A stretch of DNA of 64,000 nucleotides, from the NCBI GenBank assembly GCA_015067025.1, contig SVNC01000003.1, positions 90,383 to 154,382 on the forward strand, in the 5' to 3' direction. This DNA is from Oscillospiraceae bacterium. Lineage in GTDB: Bacteria > Bacillota > Clostridia > Oscillospirales > Ruminococcaceae. The notes beneath the pieces were generated by a model. The model saw nothing but the letters and a program-made list of their open reading frames with translations. It had not been told where the DNA came from and did not search any database. Position numbers and translations under genes: made by a program. Shown piece by piece: positions 46,003 through 55,235 of this stretch (positions are counted from its first letter, which is position 1; every line of letters begins with the position of its first letter).

Positions 46003-47259
46003 TTATATTTTAAGCTGTCCGCTTTTTAACATTGACTCAGCCGCAAGCATTATACCCATCTTGCCGCTGGGATAGGTGATACCGCCCTGAAGCCATACCG
46101 CATAGGGTTCTCTGAGGGGTGCGTCAGCTGAAAGCTCAATACTTGCACCCATTGTAAAAGCACCTGCCGCCATAATTACCTTACTGTCATAGCCCGGCAT
46201 TTCCCAGGGCTCAGGAGTCGCCATACTGTCAACGGGAGAACCGTTCTGTATGCCGCGACAGAAGGCACAGAGCGATTCTTCATTGCCAAGCTTTAAAGCC
46301 GCAATAATATCAGTTCTGTGAGCGTCATAAGAGGGGAAGACCTCATAACCAAGTAAAGAGAAGAATGCACAGGCAAAAACCGATGTCTTTACAGCACTTT
46401 CAACCACCTGAGGCGCTAAGAAAAAGCCTAAATACATTTCTCTGTTTTCGTCTAAGGAACAACCTACCTCTTTACCGATACCGACCGTTGTCAGTCTGTA
46501 GCTGCATAGCTCCACAAGATCTCTTCTGCCTGCGATGTATCCACCTGTCTTTGCAATCGCACCACCGGGATTTTTTATAAGACTGCCTATAATAAGATCC
46601 GCACCGACCGCTGTAGGCTCTCTTTCTTCTACAAATTCACCATAGCAGTTATCTACCATTATGATAGCCTTGTCATTTACCTCTTTTACTGCCTTTATTA
46701 TTTCGCCTATTTTTTCAACAGAAAAGGATTCACGAAGAGAATAACCGCGTGAACGCTGTATGTATGCTACCTTGCAGTCCCCTGCTCTTTTCTTTATCTC
46801 TTCAATATCTGCACTGCCGTCAGGAAGAAGATCGACCTTTTCGTATTTTACGCCGAACTCCTTTAAAGAGCCGCCGTATTCACCCGTTATCACTTCTGTA
46901 AGTGTATCGTAAGGCTCGCCTGTAACACATAAAAGAGTGTCACCGGGGCGAAGCACACCGAAAAGTGCAGTCGAAAGAGCGTGGGTGCCGTTTACAAAGC
47001 TGTGACGGACTAAAGCATCCTCGCAGCCGAAAGCGTCTGCGTACACTTTATCAAGCTTATCTCTGCCGTCATCGTTGTAGCCGTAGCCTGTCGTTCCCTT
47101 TAAATGCATTTCGCTGACGTTGTTGCTGATAAAGGAATAAAGCACCTTCTGTCCGTTATATTCAGCAACCTTTTCAATTTCCTTGAATCTCTTTTCGCAC
47201 ATCTTTTCCGCCTTTTCGGCTATTTCAAGTATGCGACTGTCAATTTCAAAAAAGCTCAT
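46003..47259 (-). CDS. PLP-dependent methionine gamma-lyase-family protein (YnbB / aluminium-resistance-protein family)
   Basis: 418 aa. The N-terminal region (AEYNGQKVLYSF...HLKGTTGYGYNDDGRDKLDKVYADAFGCEDALVR) is typical of this family, and a likely PLP lysine lies in GSLIKNPGG. Confidence 0.7.
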   Translation of the reverse strand: MSFFEIDSRILEIAEKAEKMCEKRFKEIEKVAEYNGQKVLYSFISNNVSEMHLKGTTGYGYNDDGRDKLDKVYADAFGCEDALVRHSFVNGTHALSTALFGVLRPGDTLLCVTGEPYDTLTEVITGEYGGSLKEFGVKYEKVDLLPDGSADIEEIKKRAGDCKVAYIQRSRGYSLRESFSVEKIGEIIKAVKEVNDKAIIMVDNCYGEFVEEREPTAVGADLIIGSLIKNPGGAIAKTGGYIAGRRDLVELCSYRLTTVGIGKEVGCSLDENREMYLGFFLAPQVVESAVKTSVFACAFFSLLGYEVFPSYDAHRTDIIAALKLGNEESLCAFCRGIQNGSPVDSMATPEPWEMPGYDSKVIMAAGAFTMGASIELSADAPLREPYAVWLQGGITYPSGKMGIMLAAESMLKSGQLKI

Positions 47260-47261
47260 TT

Positions 47262-47984
47262 TTATCGTTCCTTTACTATCTGATATGCCGTTGGCTCATC
47301 TTTACAGATAAACCCACAGCTTTTATAAAATTCCCTTTTATCCCATTTACATAAAAGAGATAATTTTTTATTTTTTAAAAGGCGGTTTGCATTCCTCAGA
47401 AGTTTCTTTCCGAGTCCTTTGCCCTGATATTCTTTTTTTACTCCGATATGGGATAAAAAGCATTCACTTTCGTTTTCATAAAGCACCGTGCAGGATGCTG
47501 TAAAGCCTTCGAGTACGATAAGCCTTGACACGTTATGGCGTACTCTGTGGCAGATGTCAGTATACCAGCCGCTAAAGCCTTCGTCACTTATACCAAAGGC
47601 GTCCTTTATGACTGAAAAGACTTCGCTATAACTTTCGGTAAAGTCTCCACCGTCAGCTTCCGCCACATTTTCACTTTGCATAAGGTAAAGCGGCTCTGAA
47701 GAAAAGTCTGCAAGCATTTCACCTAACGCTTTATAACAAAAACTATCCATAGTCGCCGATGTCATTCCACCACTTTTAAGGAAGAAGTAAAGCTCCTCCT
47801 TATCAAAGCCGTCCTTTACCGATATAAAGAACTCTCCGCAGTAATTCATCATAAGGATATTGTCACCGCTGTAAAAACGGCAGAAGTCATAGGCTCCGCC
47901 ATAGGCTTTAAAATAGGCTTCTATTCTGCCCTCTATAACGTTGCTTTTATCAATTATCGGTAATTCAAAAATCTGTTTTATCAT
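47262..47984 (-). CDS. GNAT-family N-acetyltransferase (C-terminal domain)
   Basis: 240 aa. IGVKKEYQGKGLGKKLL is a GNAT acetyl-CoA-binding motif A. Its start overlaps the stop of the upstream M42 gene. Confidence 0.55.
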   Translation of the reverse strand: MIKQIFELPIIDKSNVIEGRIEAYFKAYGGAYDFCRFYSGDNILMMNYCGEFFISVKDGFDKEELYFFLKSGGMTSATMDSFCYKALGEMLADFSSEPLYLMQSENVAEADGGDFTESYSEVFSVIKDAFGISDEGFSGWYTDICHRVRHNVSRLIVLEGFTASCTVLYENESECFLSHIGVKKEYQGKGLGKKLLRNANRLLKNKKLSLLCKWDKREFYKSCGFICKDEPTAYQIVKER

Positions 47985-49006
47985 TATTTTACTGCAAGAG
48001 CAAGATACATTTCGTAAGCTAAATCTGCTACTGCCTTCATATCCTTTTTAGAAAGCACGCAAGCAGGTGAATGGAGGTATCTGCAGGGAGCGGAAATTGC
48101 AACTGTTTCAATACCGCCTGCCGAAACGTGAATAGCTGAGCTATCATTACCACCTGCAACAACAGTCTTTGTCTGACAGGGAATATTCTTTTCCTTTGCC
48201 TTGTCAAATGCCATTCTGTAAAGCTCACGGCTGTATATAGTGCCGTTATCCATATAGCTTACTACTGCACCCTTACCAACTTCACAAACCTTCTTTTCGC
48301 CCTCGTTGCCTGAAAAATCGCAGGCGGTCGTAGTTTCAAGAACTATTGCATAATCAGGTGCAACGCTATAAGCCGCCGCCTTCGCACCTCTTGTGCCTAT
48401 TTCTTCCTGAACCGTGAAAACAAAGGTAGCATCATAAGGCAGATCGCTGTTTATCATTTCTATCATTACGGCACAGCCTGCTCTGTCATCAAGTGCTTTG
48501 CTTTTCAGCATATCTTTGTTGCTACCGAATTCTAAAAATTCGCCTGTAAAATATGCACAGTCACCGGGGAGCACCTTTTCAAGTGCCTCAGCCTCAGATC
48601 TTGCACCGATGTCAAGGAGCATTGCACTGAATTTCACCGGCTTTTCTCTCTCATCTTCGGTCTGCTGATGTACTGCCTTGGTGCCTATTACACCCTTTGT
48701 ACCGTTTTTAAACTGTAATTGTCTTCCGATAACGGTTTCGGGATTTATTCCGCCAACGGGAGAAATACGAAGATAACCGTCTGAAGTTATATAAATTACG
48801 ATAAAGCCCACTTCATCCATATGAGCCGCCAGCATAACCTTGTTTTTTGGAGTAACCTTACCCTTTTTTTCTACAATAAGATTGCCGAGTGGGTCAACCT
48901 TATATTCAACGTCTGAGGGAAGCTTTGATATGATAAGATCTCTTACCGCTTCTTCATCGCCGCTTGTACCGTTAAGATTGCAAAGCTCCTTTATAAGCTC
49001 GGTCAT
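47984..49006 (-). CDS. M42-family aminopeptidase (FrvX/CelM-like)
   Basis: 340 aa with AHMDEVGF, ALDDRAG, VQEEIGTRGA and RYLHSP motifs. Confidence 0.85.
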   Translation of the reverse strand: MTELIKELCNLNGTSGDEEAVRDLIISKLPSDVEYKVDPLGNLIVEKKGKVTPKNKVMLAAHMDEVGFIVIYITSDGYLRISPVGGINPETVIGRQLQFKNGTKGVIGTKAVHQQTEDEREKPVKFSAMLLDIGARSEAEALEKVLPGDCAYFTGEFLEFGSNKDMLKSKALDDRAGCAVMIEMINSDLPYDATFVFTVQEEIGTRGAKAAAYSVAPDYAIVLETTTACDFSGNEGEKKVCEVGKGAVVSYMDNGTIYSRELYRMAFDKAKEKNIPCQTKTVVAGGNDSSAIHVSAGGIETVAISAPCRYLHSPACVLSKKDMKAVADLAYEMYLALAVK

Positions 49007-50040
49007 AAAGCTGACACCTCCCCTTTCTTTGCAAATTCATAAATCAGTCTGCCGATAGCTTCTATATCCGTAATGTCTGCCACTTCAACAGGGGTATGCA
49101 TATAGCGAAGAGGGATAGATAACGTGCAACACTCTGCTCCACCCTTGGCTACTCCTATAGCATCTGCATTTGTTCCTGTTTCGCCGCTCATTATTTCAAG
49201 GCTGTAGGGTATATTCTTTTCCTTTGATATAGAGATAAGCTCATCGGAAAGTCTTTTCGAAAGGGATGGTGCAACACCTATCATAACACCCTTACCAAGC
49301 TCTCCGCATTTATGCTTTTCACTATCGGGAGTGTAGGCAAAGCTTACGTCCATTTCAAGACAGATATCGGGATCAAGGTTAAAAGCCGCTATCTTAGCAC
49401 CTCTTTCGCCTGTTTCCTCCTGACCTGTAAAGCTTACGTCAAGATTGTATTTAAGCTTCTTTCCCTTTAAAAGCTCAAGTGCGTAAAGTATGCAGACAAC
49501 ACCTGCTCTGTCATCGCAGGCAGGAGCACACACTCTGCCGTTTAGAAGTGTAGCAGGCTCGTTATCAACGGTTATTCTGTCGCCGAGAGAAACTATTTCA
49601 GATAATTCTTCCTTACTATAGCCTGTATCAATAACCAGCTCGTCTATCTGTGCTACCTTATCTCCGTCCTTTTTTACGTGGGGAGGGAGTACGGAAATAA
49701 CGCCCTTTATCTTCTTACTACCGTGAATGGTGACAGTTTGTGCCGCAAGCACTCTTCTGTCAACACCGCCGCATTTTGACACGCGGATAAAGCCGTCATC
49801 GTCAATAAAGGTTACAATAAGTCCTATCTGATCTATATGTGCGTCAAGGAGCAATGTAGGTTTATTGTCATCCTTTTCTCCTATATGCCCGATAACGTTA
49901 CCGAATTTATCAATATAGCAATTATCCGTGTAATTTTTAAGCATACTGAGTGCAAGCTCGCCTGCAGTCTGTTCCTCACCCGATACGCCCTCTGCACTGC
50001 AAAGCTTTATAAGCGTATCTTTTATATCAAACGTAGTCAA
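49003..50040 (-). CDS. M42-family aminopeptidase paralog
   Basis: 345 aa with AHIDQIGL, ACDDRAG, GQEETGERGA and RYMHTP. It overlaps the next gene by 4 nt. Confidence 0.85.
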   Translation of the reverse strand: MTTFDIKDTLIKLCSAEGVSGEEQTAGELALSMLKNYTDNCYIDKFGNVIGHIGEKDDNKPTLLLDAHIDQIGLIVTFIDDDGFIRVSKCGGVDRRVLAAQTVTIHGSKKIKGVISVLPPHVKKDGDKVAQIDELVIDTGYSKEELSEIVSLGDRITVDNEPATLLNGRVCAPACDDRAGVVCILYALELLKGKKLKYNLDVSFTGQEETGERGAKIAAFNLDPDICLEMDVSFAYTPDSEKHKCGELGKGVMIGVAPSLSKRLSDELISISKEKNIPYSLEIMSGETGTNADAIGVAKGGAECCTLSIPLRYMHTPVEVADITDIEAIGRLIYEFAKKGEVSAL

Positions 50041-50056
50041 TTTACTTTTCCTTTCT

Positions 50057-50950
50057 TTAGCTTAGTTTATCTATCCTTATTTTTTCCTTTACTCTTTCAA
50101 GCTCGGATAAAAATTGTTCGTCCAGTCGGCTAATATTATAGTCACTGCGGAATATAAGAACATCCTTGTATTTCTTCTTTTCCGTGTCCGCATTAAGCTG
50201 AATTAATTTATATTGCTCCAAAACACTTTTCGGTGTCGGGGATACCCACATATAAGTATCTGTTAAAGCGGTGAGCAGATCATATTTACTGCCTCTGTCA
50301 TTTATTCTGATAGTCTTTTTGCCGCTTTCGACAGTCCCGAAGACAAGCTCGGTCATATCTTCAAGATCACTTTTACTTATAACCTTGCCTGACTTTGCAA
50401 GAATACTTTCTCTGCCACAAAGGAGCTTTTCGTCAAACTCCCACAGTATGCGGTATTTTATATCGTTATCAACAAGCAGCTTCAGGTACTTCTTTTCGTT
50501 GTCGGCACTGAGTCTTATTATACCCATACCGATATCAAAATCCATAATATGATTTATTATCTGCTCGTTGTCCGTTTCCTCATACTGCAAAGCTATCTGC
50601 TCATTGCTGTCAAGCATACTTGCAAAGGAGATAAAGGCGTTAGCTATATAATCAGCTCTTGGTACTGCTACAAAAAAGCTCGTGCTTCTTGCGTTATCCT
50701 TGTTGTAGCTTTCTGTTAAATTCTTAAAGCTGCTTATAAGCTCTCTTGCCCTTTTCAAAAATTCCTTCCCCTGCTCTGTGGGAGTTACTCCCTTAGAGGT
50801 ACGGATAAAAACAGTGATACCGATCTCGTTTTCAAGTTCTTTTATTGCCTTACTTAAATTAGGCTGTCCCATAAAGAGATTTTCTGCCGCCTTTGAAATA
50901 GAACCTGTTCTTTCTATTTCAACCGCATATTTAAGATGCAAAAAATTCAA
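50057..50950 (-). CDS. LysR-family transcriptional regulator
   Basis: 297 aa with the N-terminal HTH LKYAVEIERTGSISKAAENLFMGQPNLSKAIKELENEIG. Confidence 0.85.
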   Translation of the reverse strand: MNFLHLKYAVEIERTGSISKAAENLFMGQPNLSKAIKELENEIGITVFIRTSKGVTPTEQGKEFLKRARELISSFKNLTESYNKDNARSTSFFVAVPRADYIANAFISFASMLDSNEQIALQYEETDNEQIINHIMDFDIGMGIIRLSADNEKKYLKLLVDNDIKYRILWEFDEKLLCGRESILAKSGKVISKSDLEDMTELVFGTVESGKKTIRINDRGSKYDLLTALTDTYMWVSPTPKSVLEQYKLIQLNADTEKKKYKDVLIFRSDYNISRLDEQFLSELERVKEKIRIDKLS

Positions 50951-50988
50951 AACCGATACCCCCTTTTTATTAAGCTCTTATAATTTTA

Positions 50989-51375
50989 TCAGTCAAGCTT
51001 TGCATTGACCTTTGACATAAACTTTTCGCTGTTTACAATAAAACGTTCGTGCACGCCTTCACTTATCTTGTCCTTTTCATCCGTTACAGATACGCTGAAT
51101 ACAAGTCTTCTACCGTCTATTTCCGTAAGGGTTACCGTTGCTTCTGCCTGCATTCCAACAGGGGTTGCCGCAATATGCTTTATATTAAGTACTGTACCTA
51201 CACTGGTCATACCGTCATCAAGCTGACCTGCAAGGCAGTTACAAGCCGCCTTTTCTATAAGCGCCGCTAAGGCAGGAGTTGCAAAAACTCTCAGCGAGCC
51301 GCTTCCTACCGTTGCTGCTGTATTTTCATCCGTTACCGTTACCGTTTCTTTTCCCGTCATATTAAGCTCTAACAT
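50989..51375 (-). CDS. Hotdog-fold thioesterase-family protein
   Basis: 128 aa. The pattern TAATVGSGSLRVFATPALAALIEKA...GTVLNIKHIAATPVG resembles small FlK/YbgC-like thioesterases. Confidence 0.5.
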   Translation of the reverse strand: MLELNMTGKETVTVTDENTAATVGSGSLRVFATPALAALIEKAACNCLAGQLDDGMTSVGTVLNIKHIAATPVGMQAEATVTLTEIDGRRLVFSVSVTDEKDKISEGVHERFIVNSEKFMSKVNAKLD

Positions 51376-51463
51376 AAGTTATCTCCTTTTTGGATTATAG
51401 CCCATAATCCCTCATTATAATCACTATACTATATTATATAATTTTTCTCACTTTCTGTCAATG

Positions 51464-51496
51464 GAAAAAAGAAAACTCCCGCAGAAACTGCGGGAG
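51464..51496 (-). terminator. Terminator of SBP gene 1
   Basis: Minus strand reads CTCCCGCAG-TTT-CTGCGGGAG followed by TTTTCTTTTTT. Confidence 0.8.
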
Positions 51497-51513
51497 CTCT
51501 AAACAAGTTATAA

Positions 51514-53001
51514 TTACTGAACGGATGCGTTCATTTCTTCGATACGGGTATTTATCTGACCCTGGTTGGATTCACGAATCTGTGTGTAGCTTGCACCGGT
51601 CATATAAGGATATTTTGTGAGCTGTTCTACAATTGTATCCTGAGATGAACCGTCTGCAATATCAGGACCGAGACCGTTCTTAAAGTCAAATACGGGTGTA
51701 AATGTGCCGGGATCCTTAACAAGGTCCACTCTGTCAAGGAGTTCTTCTGTCCACTGATAGTTATCAATAGACTGCTGACGAGCTGCCGCCTTTACTGTGG
51801 GATCCTTGGTTGCAACAAGATTAGCATATATCCATGCCTTATAACCGTCAACGTTCTTCGCACCTGCACAGAGCATAATAGCGTCTTGCTTCATGCTGTG
51901 GTAGTATGTATCAGAATCATCCATTGTAGGGAAAGGAACAAAGTTTACTTCATCTTCTTCCCACTTCATAAGCTTTATATACTTGCACCAGTTGCTTTCG
52001 TAAGCCCAGATACCATCTTCAAAGAAGAGTGTCTGACCGTTTACCCATTTTCTGTAGTTTACAGTCCAGTTGTTTTCAACGTCACGAGGGTAACGGAGAT
52101 TTTCCTGAGACGTATCAAACTTCATAAGCATATCCATACATTTTTCAATATTAGCATTGTTTAAGTTACTTACGAGCTTGCCATCCTCAAGTGCTACTAA
52201 AGGAGTACCTGTTGAACATACGAAAAGGTTTTCGGGGTTGTAGCCGTCGAGAGCGTACATACCATTTTCGGGATCGGCAAACTTTCTGCACATTTCCATA
52301 AAAGCAGACCAGTTCCAGTCACCGTTTTCAAAAAGTGTCCAAGGATCCTCAAAGCCTGCTTCTTCAATTACAGATTTTCTGTACCAGAGGAAAGAAGTAG
52401 GCGTAAGCTCCATGATAGGACAATAGTTTTTACCGCCCCACTGGAACATATCAATTACATCCTTATAATCTGCCCAGTCATCTGTAGTAAGGTCGATTAT
52501 TCCATCAACACTCTGGAAAAGGTTCTTATAAATTCCGTAAGGATAATAACCGATCTCAAAGGGGAAGCAGTCGGGAGAATCATCTGATGATACTCTCTTC
52601 GCAAGGTCAACATATCTATCTGCGTATACAGGTACGTTGATGTTGCAGAATACGTTTTCATCAGGAACGTGATCGTAACCCTCAGGCTTTGTTGCAGGTG
52701 TACCGTATAATGTCTTGAACATTTCTACTGCAGGAGACGCTTCCTGAATCTCCCACCATGCCATCCATACAAGCTTGGTATCAACCTTGATATCCTTATA
52801 TTCTTCGTTTACGGAAACATTACTTACTGCTTCCTGTACACCTGAGTCTGTACCCATTGTAGTATTGGTTGTGGTTGTTTCAGGTGCTGATGTCTGTTCG
52901 TTATCGCTTGACGCTGTCTGGTCGCCGCTGCAGGCTGTCAATGCCGTAACAACAGTTGCAAGTGCCATTACTCCCGCAATGGTCTTCTTTAGATTGATCA
53001 T
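51514..53001 (-). CDS. Extracellular solute-binding lipoprotein (ABC SBP family 1-like), copy 1
   Basis: 495 aa with lipobox LTACSG, a Thr/Ser-rich linker and an SBP-like body (WYRKSVIEEAGFEDPWTL...W.W..F). Confidence 0.7.
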   Translation of the reverse strand: MINLKKTIAGVMALATVVTALTACSGDQTASSDNEQTSAPETTTTNTTMGTDSGVQEAVSNVSVNEEYKDIKVDTKLVWMAWWEIQEASPAVEMFKTLYGTPATKPEGYDHVPDENVFCNINVPVYADRYVDLAKRVSSDDSPDCFPFEIGYYPYGIYKNLFQSVDGIIDLTTDDWADYKDVIDMFQWGGKNYCPIMELTPTSFLWYRKSVIEEAGFEDPWTLFENGDWNWSAFMEMCRKFADPENGMYALDGYNPENLFVCSTGTPLVALEDGKLVSNLNNANIEKCMDMLMKFDTSQENLRYPRDVENNWTVNYRKWVNGQTLFFEDGIWAYESNWCKYIKLMKWEEDEVNFVPFPTMDDSDTYYHSMKQDAIMLCAGAKNVDGYKAWIYANLVATKDPTVKAAARQQSIDNYQWTEELLDRVDLVKDPGTFTPVFDFKNGLGPDIADGSSQDTIVEQLTKYPYMTGASYTQIRESNQGQINTRIEEMNASVQ

Positions 53002-53117
53002 ATTAACCTCCTGTTTAATTAGTCCATAGACTAATTTAATAACATTTTAATTATATCATTAATCGGTTATAAAGTCAATCTGTGAATTTTTTACTTAAAA
53101 CTTAACAAAAATAACTT

Positions 53118-53152
53118 ATAAACAAAACAACTCCCGCAGTTTCCTGCGGGAG
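53118..53152 (-). terminator. Terminator of SBP gene 2
   Basis: Minus strand reads CTCCCGCAG-GAAA-CTGCGGGAG followed by TTGTTTTGTTT. The stem is the same as in the copy-1 terminator. Confidence 0.75.
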
Positions 53153-53169
53153 CTTTAAGTAACTATTTC

Positions 53170-54669
53170 TTACTGAACTGTTGCGTTCATTTCTTCAATA
53201 CGAGTATTGATCTGACCCTGGTTAGATTCACGGAGTGTTGTGTAGCTTACGCCGTTAACGAGGGGTTCCTTAGTGAGCTGCTCAACGATGCAGTCACCCT
53301 TTGTTGTATCAGCGATATCAGGTCCGATACCGTTCTTGAAATCAAATACTGCAGTGAATGTGTCGGGATCCTTGAGGTGATCAAGTCTGTCAAGAAGTGT
53401 TTCTGTCCAGTTGTAGTTATCGATAGACTGCTGTCTGCCTGCTGCCTTGATGTCGGGGTCCTTTGTAGCAACGAGGTTAGCGTATACCCAAGCCTGGTAG
53501 CCTTCCTTGTTCTTGGAGCTTGCACAAAGCATCATAGCATCCTGCTTCATACCCTGATAGTATTCATCAGCACCATCCATCTGAGGCCAGGGAACGAAGT
53601 TGATTTCGTCTTCTTCCCACTTCATGATCTTGATGTACTTCTGCCAGTCTTCTTCATATCTCCATGTACCGTCATCGAAGAATAATGTCTTACCGTTTAC
53701 CCATTCTCTTCTGTTGGGGTTCCAGTTGTTTTCAACTTCCTTGGGGTACTTGAGACCTTCCTTGCTGTCGTCAAAAGCTGTGATAAGATCAAGAGCCTTT
53801 TCAACATTAGCATCGTAAAGATTGCTTACGAGCTTGCCATCTTCAAGGGATACGAGAGGAGTACCTGTTGTAAGAACGAGGTTATCACCCATCTGGTAAC
53901 CGTCGATAGCGTACATACCGTTTTCAGCGTCTGTAAACTTTCTGCACATTTCCATGAACTTATCCCATGTCCAGTCGCCCTGTTCATAGAGTGTCCAAGG
54001 ATCATCAAAACCGGCTTCTTCTACTACAGACTTTCTGTACCAGAGTAATGTGCTGATGTTGAGGTCCATAATAGGACAGTAGTTCTTGCCACCCCACTGG
54101 AACATATCGATTACTTCCTTGTAATCTGCCCAGTCGTCTGTTGTGAAATCAAAGAGATCATCTACACTCTGGAAGAGGTTCTTGTATACACCATAGGGAT
54201 AGTAGCAGATTTCGAAGGGGAATACGTCGGGAGCGTCATCAGAAGAGATACGCTTTGCGAGGTCTGTATATCTGTCAGCGTAAAGTGTGTAAACGTTGCA
54301 GAATACGTTTTCGTCGGGAACGTGATCAAAACCTTCGGGCTTGTTAGCGGGTGTGCCGTATAAAGCCTTGAACATTTCTACTGCAGGAGATGCCTCCTGG
54401 ATTTCCCACCAAGCCATCCAGATGGGCTTTGTGGTTACTTCAATATTCTTGTAGCTTTCATCTACGTCGCCAATAGCTTCACTTACCTTGTTCTGAACTT
54501 CTGCGTCAGTACCCATTGTCTGCTGTGAAGACTGAGATGTTGTTGTTTCAGGTGTGGATGATGTGTTGTTGTCGCCTGATGTTGTTGTTTCGTTGTTGCA
54601 GGCTGTAGCTGTAGCAACGACTGTTGCAAGTGCCATTGCAGCTGCAACATACTTTGTGAATTTTTTCAT
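53170..54669 (-). CDS. Extracellular solute-binding lipoprotein, copy 2 (tandem paralog)
   Basis: 499 aa with lipobox ATACNN. It is collinear with copy 1 and highly similar over the whole mature protein by eye. Confidence 0.7.
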   Translation of the reverse strand: MKKFTKYVAAAMALATVVATATACNNETTTSGDNNTSSTPETTTSQSSQQTMGTDAEVQNKVSEAIGDVDESYKNIEVTTKPIWMAWWEIQEASPAVEMFKALYGTPANKPEGFDHVPDENVFCNVYTLYADRYTDLAKRISSDDAPDVFPFEICYYPYGVYKNLFQSVDDLFDFTTDDWADYKEVIDMFQWGGKNYCPIMDLNISTLLWYRKSVVEEAGFDDPWTLYEQGDWTWDKFMEMCRKFTDAENGMYAIDGYQMGDNLVLTTGTPLVSLEDGKLVSNLYDANVEKALDLITAFDDSKEGLKYPKEVENNWNPNRREWVNGKTLFFDDGTWRYEEDWQKYIKIMKWEEDEINFVPWPQMDGADEYYQGMKQDAMMLCASSKNKEGYQAWVYANLVATKDPDIKAAGRQQSIDNYNWTETLLDRLDHLKDPDTFTAVFDFKNGIGPDIADTTKGDCIVEQLTKEPLVNGVSYTTLRESNQGQINTRIEEMNATVQ

Positions 54670-54933
54670 TATTGTCCTCCTGTGTTTAGATTTCCCTTTT
54701 ATTCTAAAAAGGGTATACGATAAATTATCATATTAATTATAACAAATTCCGCCTATCTCGTCAATCAACATTATGTAAAAATTAAGATTAAGATTTTTGT
54801 ACAAATGGTACAAATTACATTTATTTATCAGCTTAATTTACTTAATTTAAGCTTTTTAACTCTCTCCTACACTCTCTGCGATAACTACGTCTATACAGTT
54901 TTGAAGCATATTTCTGTGACTTAAATTAAAAAA

Positions 54934-54994
54934 GAGACAGACTGCAAAGGCAGTCTGTCTCAGTGTGTAGACAAAGCAATTTGTCTACACACTG
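54934..54994. repeat. Two abutting perfect hairpins (12-bp and 15-bp stems); the first is duplicated at 55202-55229
   Basis: GAGACAGACTGC-AAAG-GCAGTCTGTCTC (54934-54961) is immediately followed by CAGTGTGTAGACAAA-GCAA-TTTGTCTACACACTG (54961-54994). The A-run at 54928-54933 gives a U-run on the minus strand. Confidence 0.85.
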
Positions 54995-55087
54995 TCAGAC
55001 GATGAAAAACGCACGCAGACAAGGAAAAAGCCCCGACAGGCATATATAAATATGTTGAGGGGGTTTTGACGAAGTAAGCAAAAATGC

Positions 55088-55117
55088 TTTGGGAGAGCCT
55101 TTTACGGCTCTCCCAAA
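55088..55117. other. Perfect 12-bp hairpin in a noncoding region
   Basis: TTTGGGAGAGCC-TTTTAC-GGCTCTCCCAAA. On the minus strand it is followed by GCATTTTTGC. Confidence 0.8.
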
Positions 55118-55201
55118 CTTCTGTATCAATTTTTTTATATACTCTCAAGATAAACACAAAACTTTACGCATTTTTGCGGTGCGTGAGTTTGTCTTCAGTC
55201 T

Positions 55202-55229
55202 GAGACAGACTGCAAAGGCAGTCTGTCTG
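55202..55229. repeat. Second copy of the 27-nt palindromic element, just downstream of the glgA stop
   Basis: GAGACAGACTGCAAAGGCAGTCTGTCT is identical to 54934-54960. Confidence 0.85.
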
Positions 55230-55235
55230 AATTTC

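Noticed and set aside
54960-55157. 65-aa minus-strand ORF in the glgA-SBP intergenic region
   Set aside because: It is composed largely of the translated arms of perfect palindromes. It has no RBS and no recognisable family, so the region is better explained as structured noncoding DNA or RNA.
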